A stretch of 64,000 nucleotides of DNA from an uncultured Candidatus Entotheonella sp. Its GTDB lineage: Bacteria; Tectomicrobia; Entotheonellia; Entotheonellales; Entotheonellaceae. Below, one piece after another: positions 10,641 through 18,380 of this stretch. The notes beneath the pieces were generated by a model. The model saw only the letters and a program-made list of their open reading frames with translations. It was not told the DNA's origin and made no database searches. The DNA lies in contig OZ244252.1 in NCBI GenBank assembly GCA_965217185.1, positions 3,776,001-3,840,000 of the forward strand, written 5' to 3'. The position numbers and the translations under genes are program-made. The first letter of the stretch is position 1, and the number at the start of each line of letters is the position of its first letter.

Positions 10641-10692
10641 CGTCGTTGATGCGGTCGGCAGGTCTGCCGTGCCGGGTTGGGAGGAATGTCAC

Positions 10693-11952
10693 ATGCATCA
10701 CATCATCATCGGCGCCGGACCCACCGGGGTCGTGGCCGCCGAAACGCTGCGCAAGCTGGACGCCAAATCCCGGATCACCATCATCGGGGACGAGCCCGAG
10801 GCGCCCTACTCGCGCATGGCCATCCCTTATCTCCTGATCGACCAGATCGACGCCTCGGGCACCCACCTGCGCAAGGGTGACGGGCACTATGCCGACCGCA
10901 ACATCGAGGTGCGGCAGGATCGCGTGACGCGGGTGCAGCCGGAGCGCAAGAGCCTCTCCCTGCAGAGCGGCGCCGAGGTGTCGTACGACAAGCTGCTGAT
11001 CGCCACGGGTTCGCGCCCGGTGTCGCCGCCGGTGCCCGGCATCGACGCCCCCGGCGTGCACGCCTGCTGGACGCTGCAGGACGCCCGCGACATCATGCAG
11101 CGTGCTCAGGCGGGCGCCAAGGTGGTGCTCATGGGCGCCGGATTCATCGGCAGCATCATTCTGGAAGCGCTGGCCGAACGCGGCACCGATCTAACGGTCG
11201 TTGAAATGGAGGATCGCATGGTGCCGCGCATGATGAACGCCGTGGCTGGCGGCCTCATCAAGGCGTGGTGCGAGAATAAGGGGGTGAAGGTGCTCACCTC
11301 CACGCAGGTCGAGGCCATCGAGTCCGGCCAGCCGTTGACGGTCAAGCTCAACAACGGCAACACGCTGGCCGCTGATTTGGTCATCGCGGCAACGGGTGTG
11401 CGGCCCAACATCGACTTCCTGGAAGGCTCCGGCATCCGCACCGATCACGGCGTGCTGGTGGATACGCATCTGGCGACCAGCGCCGCTGACGTGTACGCCG
11501 CCGGGGACGTGGCGCAGGGGCTGGATTTCTCAACCGGTCAGTACACGGTGCAGGCCATTCAGCCGACCGCTGCGGATCATGGTCGAATCGCCGCCAGCAA
11601 CATGGCCGGCCGCATGCAGACGCACCGCGGCAACCTGAACATGAACGTGCTGGACACCCTGGGGCTGATTTCCAGCTCCTTCGGCGCCTGGATGGGAGTG
11701 GAAGGCGGGGACTCGGCGGAACTTCTGGACGCCGGGCGCTTTCGCTACCTGAACTTGCAGTTTGAGGACGACCGTCTGGTGGGCGCCAGCAGTCTGGGCC
11801 TCACCGAGCACGTCGGCGTGATCAGAGGACTCATTCAAACGCGGGTGCGGCTGCGCGGGTGGAAGCAGAAGCTCATGCAGGACCCCACCCGGGTCATGGA
11901 GGCTTACCTGGCCAACACCCTGGCGATTGGACACAACGCAGGCGTTCTATGA
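10693..11952 (+). CDS. FAD/NAD oxidoreductase (AorC-like)
   Basis: GAGPTG, YDKLLIATGS, GAGFIG, VYAAGD. Confidence 0.9.
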   Translation: MHHIIIGAGPTGVVAAETLRKLDAKSRITIIGDEPEAPYSRMAIPYLLIDQIDASGTHLRKGDGHYADRNIEVRQDRVTRVQPERKSLSLQSGAEVSYDKLLIATGSRPVSPPVPGIDAPGVHACWTLQDARDIMQRAQAGAKVVLMGAGFIGSIILEALAERGTDLTVVEMEDRMVPRMMNAVAGGLIKAWCENKGVKVLTSTQVEAIESGQPLTVKLNNGNTLAADLVIAATGVRPNIDFLEGSGIRTDHGVLVDTHLATSAADVYAAGDVAQGLDFSTGQYTVQAIQPTAADHGRIAASNMAGRMQTHRGNLNMNVLDTLGLISSSFGAWMGVEGGDSAELLDAGRFRYLNLQFEDDRLVGASSLGLTEHVGVIRGLIQTRVRLRGWKQKLMQDPTRVMEAYLANTLAIGHNAGVL

Positions 11953-12200
11953 AGATTTCCCTGAAGTTGTACGCCTCGCTGCGTGACCTCCTGCCACCCG
12001 ATACCCCCTGGACCGGCGTGGTGATCGAGGTGCCGCTCGACATCACGCCGAACCAAGTCATTGATCAGTATCGCGTCCCCCGCGCCATGGCCCACCTGGT
12101 TTTGCACAACGGCGTCTATCTTACCCCCGGAGACCGCGACCGCGCCGTGCTGAACGACGGTGACGTGCTGGCCATCTGGCCGCCCATCGCGGGCGGATAG
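11949..12200 (+). CDS. MoaD/ThiS-family sulfur carrier
   Basis: MKISLKLYASL start, C-terminal PPIAGG; ATGA overlap with upstream gene. Confidence 0.9.
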   Translation: MKISLKLYASLRDLLPPDTPWTGVVIEVPLDITPNQVIDQYRVPRAMAHLVLHNGVYLTPGDRDRAVLNDGDVLAIWPPIAGG

Positions 12201-12204
12201 CCGC

Positions 12205-12504
12205 GTGCCAAGCCCTGTCGTCGTCCGCTTTTCCCGCGACATGGGCATCACCCACAGCGAGTTCTTCCGCACCCTGCCTGCCGCTCTGGCAGCATTACCC
12301 TACACCGTCCAGGGCCACGACGTGGTTATCAACGACGACACGCGGCGCCTGGTAATCACGCTGTCGCCCGAAAGCCGTCGCCGCCTCGGGGCGCTGTCCC
12401 TGCCCACGACCCAGGTTCACTTCACCTTCTCGGGCTATTCCCCGCAGGACATCGAGCAATTCATGGCTGGCTTTGACCGCGCCTTCCAGCGCGGGGGCGG
12501 TTAG
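12205..12504 (+). CDS. Small hypothetical protein, last gene of the aor operon
   Basis: GTG 4 bp after the MoaD-like stop; RDMGITHSEFFRTLP...FDRAFQRGGG. Confidence 0.65.
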   Translation: MPSPVVVRFSRDMGITHSEFFRTLPAALAALPYTVQGHDVVINDDTRRLVITLSPESRRRLGALSLPTTQVHFTFSGYSPQDIEQFMAGFDRAFQRGGG

Positions 12505-12652
12505 GGGGTTCCGTTACCAGAGGCCTGAAATCCTTGCCGATTATGGGCTTATGCTGGCTCCAACCCGAGATTTTTCAGTTCCGGTGACCTGGCACCGGGA
12601 CCAATTCAACACGAGTCAGACTGTTCTGCAAGGATCTGGTGGTGGGCATTCC

Positions 12653-14026
12653 TTAGCCGGTAAGCTTCGTACTATCGGGTAGAATCTGTTTGCATTTGTT
12701 GTCGTTGAAGTTCCGCATCGTAACTTGTGTGGGCGCGAATGGCCGCCGAACGGACTCCGGTGCAATGCCACCTCGAATAGCACAGAGAACACCTGCCGCC
12801 TCCCAGTAGTTGTCAACCATGCGCAATTGATCGGACCGCCAAGGCAACTTGGTCAGATCATTCTCCATGAGATTCTTGTTTTCCCGCACAGCAATTACCG
12901 GCATGCCCTGTTCAAGCGCGGCGAGAGTTGGCAGCCCTACGCATCCGTCGGGAATCACCAGACACGAAATATCAGAAGCCGATAAGACCCCAGCATCGGA
13001 CATCTGGGAAGGGTCGGTAACAATACGCGGGCTTTTCTGAAGCCCCTTTAGGACGCTTTCAAAAAAAGTTAGGGAGATAGCTTCCGCTGCCATGCGAGGT
13101 TCGACTACACCTGGGTCCCGATTTGCTATGTCCTGAGCCTCGAACATCGGAGAGTGTGCCGAGGGCACGTTGAACTTGCTTGACACCGCATGGGTGAGCA
13201 TTGCTTCAACTCCCCCCCAAGGGTTGACCATCTTTCCCGCTGCATCGAAATATCCCTGGTGGAATTCCTTGGGAACTGAGATCACCGATGAGATCGCCAC
13301 CGCATCGTATTCGCCTTTCTGTTCTTCGAGCACTGTAAACACATGTTCAAGACCATCAATTTCGCCAGCAGCGGTACCGAAACCAGTGAACTCGGATTTC
13401 ATCATCACGGGTGGGTGAAGCTTAATCACCTGGGGGCAAACCAGACCGAAAGACGCACATGCGGCACTCACCGCATTGATGGCGGCATTCACGAACAACT
13501 CGTCTTCATGGGCGTCAATAATCACCATCACCCGGTTTGCTCGGGTCGGAGCCAAACCGATAGTCCCCATCAACAGTCGGGTGATCACGCTTCCTTCGAC
13601 ATACAGGGAGTTATGTGGCATTTCGTTGATGTCGGATGCGTTGACCACATTGGGATGCAATATCAATGTATCGCAGGCCTGGGCCAGCAGCCGCGCGGTC
13701 GGCGTCGCATCCCCCGCATGGCCACCAATTTCTGCACCGATACCAGTTGGTATTAGAAGTACGACATTAAAGTCGCGCGTATTTTCATAATTGCGCCGAG
13801 AAAAATCGAATATCGAAGTGTCGTCCGATAGACCGACGAGTTCAGACGTGGTTTCCAAACAACTGATTGCACAGCTAATACGGTCAGAATGTGAATCAGT
13901 AATGGCGAATCTTATCGGCTTGACACCTGACGGCAATCGAAATCGTATAGCATCCCGAATACGTGCAAGCGTATCTGACTTGTCGAGTATTAATGGCAGA
14001 TCAAGTTCCAGTTCTCTCAGAAACAA
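12653..14026 (-). CDS. DUF3326-like protein with N-terminal extension
   Basis: LLIPTGIGAEIGGHAGDA, HPNVVNASD, YVEGS, NPWGGVEAMLTH, PRMAAE; TTG start after SD gaggag. Confidence 0.75.
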   Translation of the reverse strand: MFLRELELDLPLILDKSDTLARIRDAIRFRLPSGVKPIRFAITDSHSDRISCAISCLETTSELVGLSDDTSIFDFSRRNYENTRDFNVVLLIPTGIGAEIGGHAGDATPTARLLAQACDTLILHPNVVNASDINEMPHNSLYVEGSVITRLLMGTIGLAPTRANRVMVIIDAHEDELFVNAAINAVSAACASFGLVCPQVIKLHPPVMMKSEFTGFGTAAGEIDGLEHVFTVLEEQKGEYDAVAISSVISVPKEFHQGYFDAAGKMVNPWGGVEAMLTHAVSSKFNVPSAHSPMFEAQDIANRDPGVVEPRMAAEAISLTFFESVLKGLQKSPRIVTDPSQMSDAGVLSASDISCLVIPDGCVGLPTLAALEQGMPVIAVRENKNLMENDLTKLPWRSDQLRMVDNYWEAAGVLCAIRGGIAPESVRRPFAPTQVTMRNFNDNKCKQILPDSTKLTG

Positions 14027-14048
14027 ATTATCCTCCTCACTCTATCTA

Positions 14049-14504
14049 TCACAATGTGCGTTCCATAAAAGTTTTCTTGTGGGATACTGCCTGAAACCGT
14101 TCGCTCGTAAAATCCGCCGCCATATCCGGATCAAATGGTTTGCAGGAAAAGATGTTCACGAACACAGTTCCCAAAATATCCAGAGTGTGAATGACTATCG
14201 TACTCGTCAAGATGAAACAGACGGCTGATGTACCTTTGGTATGCGGCAGGGTCTGCTGCTCCTCTTCGGGAACATCTACGTCGTCCCAGAAGTGCACTTC
14301 GCATTTTTGCATGTCGATCAGTTGGCAAAGATCAGTAAAAAACCTATCGATGTGATCTCGGTTAAACAACTCGGCTTCACACCCGTGAAGGTCAAGAACA
14401 AGTTCAAAACCATACACGTGGCCATTGGTAGCGTCATTGGCGTTCCTTACAAAACCCTTATCTCGAACATTTGAAGCTGAATGTTTCATTGAGCTACTCT
14501 TCAT
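14049..14504 (-). CDS. S-adenosylmethionine decarboxylase-like pyruvoyl proenzyme
   Basis: YGFELVLDLHGC, GTSAVCFILTSTIVIHT, NIFSCKPFD match the class 1B AdoMetDC pattern. Confidence 0.8.
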   Translation of the reverse strand: MKSSSMKHSASNVRDKGFVRNANDATNGHVYGFELVLDLHGCEAELFNRDHIDRFFTDLCQLIDMQKCEVHFWDDVDVPEEEQQTLPHTKGTSAVCFILTSTIVIHTLDILGTVFVNIFSCKPFDPDMAADFTSERFQAVSHKKTFMERTL

Positions 14505-14513
14505 CTTATCTGT

Positions 14514-15857
14514 TTAGGAGTCCACAGAACGACGCACGCGCTGAAATACTCCCTCAAATCCCATACCTGCAGCCACCGCCCATGCGATAGAAAGGTAAGC
14601 ATCTGCCAATTTGGGTTCCTTCAAGTCTGGAACGGCATGGCCACTGTCAATAAGGTTGCCTGCAATAATTGAGAAAACCAAGACACCGGCCAAGAGACCA
14701 AGCGGGGCGCTTACCATTACTCTTGATAGGACCTGCTTCCCAGCCGTATCAGCGACTTCAACTTCCTTGGCGTTCCAAAGATCAAGTAAGGCAATAGCAA
14801 TTGCTCCCGCTATCCCAAGAAAACCCCAATTCAAAATGCTCAAGTAATATGTACACACAGTTGGGCAATCCTGGACGGGATACAGTAAAGGTAGAATCCC
14901 CATCAATGTGAAAACAACTACTGAAACTGCTCCACATATTCTGATAGATGAAACAATTGTCGAACCTTCAGCCCACTTGGCTTGATATTCAGCCACATGC
15001 TCCCGTACCGCGCGAAGATTTGCGCGCAGAGATTCCGCTCTGTCATCTTTAGTTTCTGCAATATTGTTCTGGCCATCTTGCCCTTTGTCTAATTCATCCA
15101 AGCCAGAAATGTTGTCATTGATTCTGTTTTCCCAGTCTCTATAAAAGTCGGCATCATATGAAAATGCTTCTCCATAAGCATACACCTTAAGTTCATCGAG
15201 ACCTGATCGGGCACGAGCTTTAAGGTCTTCTATTGAGAGGAAATCGATTAACATGCGATCCAACGTGAGGCATTGGAACTCTGTCCATCCTTGGGGTCCT
15301 AATGTGTCCTCTAGTCGTTGTATTTCTTCCTCTACTTGCTGACGCCTTTCATCGAATCTAGCAGGCCTATATTCAGGTTCAATTAACCTTGGCTGAATGT
15401 TTCTCGCTTCCTGGAGTAACGCTTCAATCTCGCTTCGATCCTCTTTTCGAGAATTGTGGACTCGCATCTTGTGACGAACAATGAATGATGTAATCAATCC
15501 GAATAGGAATCCCGCTAACGCGAGGTAAGACCAACAAAGGCATTGAGGAATGGCAGCAGGATTCATAAAAAATTGGTAACAGACAAAAATGAGCCAGCCG
15601 ACCGCAACTGTCATCAGAATTCCGGCAAACCAAAGAATGATCCAGCGCCAAATGGAGAGGCTAGGCGGAAGCCTATCTTCCGGGGGAATATATCGTTCCC
15701 GAGTGCCTTCACGCGTTCCGTCATCTTTACGGAAAATCCTGCCAAACCAGAGAATAATCCGAAGCCAAAGACGGACGCCTGATTGAGAATTTTTTTCCGG
15801 TCGACTGCTTCCTTCCTGAGAGACTTCGCCCGCTCCTTTGTCGTTCTTGGGTTGCAT
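14514..15857 (-). CDS. Hypothetical multi-pass membrane protein (2 TM, soluble helical region, 4 TM)
   Basis: 447 aa ORF, SD gaggtg, clear hydrophobic segments, low GC. Confidence 0.75.
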   Translation of the reverse strand: MQPKNDKGAGEVSQEGSSRPEKNSQSGVRLWLRIILWFGRIFRKDDGTREGTRERYIPPEDRLPPSLSIWRWIILWFAGILMTVAVGWLIFVCYQFFMNPAAIPQCLCWSYLALAGFLFGLITSFIVRHKMRVHNSRKEDRSEIEALLQEARNIQPRLIEPEYRPARFDERRQQVEEEIQRLEDTLGPQGWTEFQCLTLDRMLIDFLSIEDLKARARSGLDELKVYAYGEAFSYDADFYRDWENRINDNISGLDELDKGQDGQNNIAETKDDRAESLRANLRAVREHVAEYQAKWAEGSTIVSSIRICGAVSVVVFTLMGILPLLYPVQDCPTVCTYYLSILNWGFLGIAGAIAIALLDLWNAKEVEVADTAGKQVLSRVMVSAPLGLLAGVLVFSIIAGNLIDSGHAVPDLKEPKLADAYLSIAWAVAAGMGFEGVFQRVRRSVDS

Positions 15858-16289
15858 GTCTCACCTCAAATCCGCACACCTATCTATTCTCGATCTTGAA
15901 ATACAATAATCGTGTTCCGGTAATTGGTGCGGCGTACGTCTGGCTTTAACGAAAACGTCGCCCCGAATCCCCTATTCCGTTGAGCCTCTTCGGTCTTTCA
16001 TCAATTGTCGAACCGACAATTTTCTCGAGAAGTGCCTCCCAATTTCCTGGAGTTTCGCCGAAGTAACCCCCTCAGTGGTCGTTGAACGCTGAAAACCGTT
16101 AGCGCACCCTGTCGGGCGGCGAAGACGGAATTTCTCAAGGCCCAATAGCCTAGGTCGTGGACAGATTGAGTGATACCGACCGGACAACATCACGAAATTA
16201 GACTGCCTTGTCAAACATGAAGGGACGGCCTTTAGGGCAAAATGCTAACCCCAAATGAATGTTGATATGCTTGTCTACACCGGCTTCTT

Positions 16290-16514
16290 TTATTTTGTCG
16301 TTACGGCGCCAACATTCACCACCTCGGCGGTGCTTTGTGGTTCCGGCACCGGCTCGCCGTGTTCACGCAGGCTTTCGATGTGGAAGGCGATGGCCTCGCG
16401 AATTTCTGCCAGTACCGCTTCCCGGGTACTACCGGCTGCCACGCAGCCGGGCAGGTCAGGGACATAGGCGGCATAGTTGCTGGGGGCCTTTTCGATGACA
16501 ACGGTATATTTCAC
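16290..16514 (-). CDS. hicB: HicB-family antitoxin
   Basis: GTG start; KYTVVIEK..YAAYVPDLPGCVAAG.TREA..EIREAI.FHIE. Confidence 0.9.
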   Translation of the reverse strand: MKYTVVIEKAPSNYAAYVPDLPGCVAAGSTREAVLAEIREAIAFHIESLREHGEPVPEPQSTAEVVNVGAVTTK

Positions 16515-16522
16515 GGATTCAT

Positions 16523-16714
16523 TTACCCCTTCAATCCGCACTGCTCCAGGACGCTGTCCCATGTGCCGGGCGGCAGGTCGTCGCCGGGCTTGCCCGGAAC
16601 GGTCACTGTGCCCGGCTTGATGGGGGGCGGCACTGGGCGGTGGCTTCCTCGAGTTCGCACCAGCAGCCACCCGTCCCGCTGAATCAGGCGGATGGCCTCC
16701 CGAACTTTGGGCAA
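16523..16714 (-). CDS. hicA: HicA-family toxin, possibly degenerate
   Basis: KVREAIRLIQRDGW..RTRGSHR..KPGTVTVPG; atypical PVPPP segment and TTG start. Confidence 0.7.
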   Translation of the reverse strand: MPKVREAIRLIQRDGWLLVRTRGSHRPVPPPIKPGTVTVPGKPGDDLPPGTWDSVLEQCGLKG

Positions 16715-16723
16715 AAGCTGGTC

Positions 16724-17248
16724 TCACCCCACCGTCAGCTTCTCGACCACGCGGTCGAACACCGTCTCGGCGCGTTGGCGCACCTCGTTTCGGGTCAGGG
16801 GTTGGATGGGATGCTCCACGAGAATCACGTTGAACGCCGACAGGCCCAGCGCATCGGCCTGGGCGCGGGCGGCGTTGGCGAACTCGGTGGTGGTGCAAAC
16901 CGCGACGGGAATGCCGGCTTTTTCAAAGTAAACGCCGTCGTGCACACTGCACGTTGTGCACGAGCCTCAATCCGCCAGCGCTTCGATGATCAGATCGCAC
17001 TGCTGTTCGAGTTCCTTGCGCATGTCCTCCGGCGCGGGCCGGGCAAAGGTGGGCTTCATGCGCCGCAGGACGGCGCTGGGTTGATGTGTTTCGTGCAGCC
17101 ACTCCTCGATGCGGTCCAGGAAGTGGTTGCCCTGCGACTTGCTGATGTCCAGCAGGCCGACCACCTTGCCGCGCAGGTCCGGCAGCCGAGCCGCCAGGCT
17201 CGCGGCGTCGGCCACCGGGGTTGCGGTTGGATCGTACAACTTCGTCAT
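16724..17248 (-). CDS. UGSC-family selenoprotein (Sec at TGA 16967-16969)
   Basis: ORFs 16967-17248 and 16724-16945 are in one frame: ALAD-TGA-GSCTTCSVHDG; hairpin follows the TGA. Confidence 0.88.
16938..16963 (-). promoter_or_regulatory. Putative bacterial SECIS hairpin
   Basis: UCGUGCACA-ACGUGCAG-UGUGCACGA, perfect 9-bp stem starting 3 nt after the UGA. Confidence 0.65.
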
Positions 17249-17277
17249 CGCTTTCTCCTTTTCGGGTTTAGGTGGGT

Positions 17278-18360
17278 TCAGTCAAACTCGATCGGCGCCG
17301 TGGCCAGGCGGCTGCCGGCGCCCCAGCCGGACAGGTGAACGGAAAATCGCCCGGCGGTACCGCCGGCGACCACCACCGTGATGCCATCCGGCGACGTGAT
17401 CTTGGGGATCAACGTCGCGTCGTCCTGCACGTCTAGCCCCTCCGGGACTCGCTCCGGCGAGGTAATCTGGCGTGACACGCCCTCGGCGCCGTCCGGGCCG
17501 GGCCGCAGCTCGCCCAGCGGCCGCTGCATGTGCTCGTACAGAAAGCGCTTGACGTCCTGTTTGCTCAGGCCGTCGGCGCCGATGGTCTTGGCGTGTTCCG
17601 GCCCAATCACCAGCGCGCAGTTGTCGTTGAGATACGCCTTGTGTTGCCAGCCCACCGCCATGCTGGCCGCAATGGTGGTCAGGATGCCCTCGGCGGTGCG
17701 GCTGCCGTGGTTGCTGATGCATTGCGGGGCGTCGCAGCAATACACGCTGACGGCGCTCTGGTCGGGCCGGTAGCCCTTTTCGACGTGCAGCGGTTCCCAG
17801 GGGCTTGCCTCCTCGTATTCGCCGATGAGGAAGGTGTATTTGCCCGGGTGCCCCATGGCGGATTTGTCGATCTCGCCGGGGCGGGCGCCGCCGAGGTTGG
17901 TCATGATCAGCCGCAGGGCGCGGCCAATCGTGGCGTTGGCGCGCCAGCCGGAGCCGAACACGCCGGTGGCGCAGTTGATGTCGAGCTGCTGCCGCACCGG
18001 GCCGTTGACGATGAACAACGGTGTCGCGGTGTGCGTCGTGCCCTGCACCCCGTGCAGGCTGACCTGCTCGGCGCACATGGCCTGCACGCCGGCTACGACG
18101 ACCGGCAGGTAGTCCGGCTTGCAGCCCGCCATCACCGCGTTGATGGCGATCTTTTCGAGCGTCGCGGCGCCGTAATTCGGTGGCACCAGCGCGATCACCT
18201 CGTCGGCCGGCCGCGCCGTGACGGCCAGCATGCGCGCCACCCGCGTCTCGTTGGGCGGCACCACCGGCAATCCATCGGTGACGCCACGCTCGAAATAGAA
18301 CTCGATGGCGTCGATATCCTCGTCCACATCATAGCCGCGCCCTTCAACGGGTTCTGCCAT
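17278..18360 (-). CDS. UGSC-associated conserved protein
   Basis: GVTDGLPVVPP, IAINAVMAGCKP, RANATIGRALRL, GHPGKY; directly upstream of the UGSC gene. Confidence 0.75.
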   Translation of the reverse strand: MAEPVEGRGYDVDEDIDAIEFYFERGVTDGLPVVPPNETRVARMLAVTARPADEVIALVPPNYGAATLEKIAINAVMAGCKPDYLPVVVAGVQAMCAEQVSLHGVQGTTHTATPLFIVNGPVRQQLDINCATGVFGSGWRANATIGRALRLIMTNLGGARPGEIDKSAMGHPGKYTFLIGEYEEASPWEPLHVEKGYRPDQSAVSVYCCDAPQCISNHGSRTAEGILTTIAASMAVGWQHKAYLNDNCALVIGPEHAKTIGADGLSKQDVKRFLYEHMQRPLGELRPGPDGAEGVSRQITSPERVPEGLDVQDDATLIPKITSPDGITVVVAGGTAGRFSVHLSGWGAGSRLATAPIEFD

Positions 18361-18380
18361 GCTCGGCTTCCCTCCCCGTT

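Noticed and set aside
15858..16289. Short ORFs or att sites at the low-GC island border
   Set aside because: No matching direct repeat found at the other border and no recognisable protein
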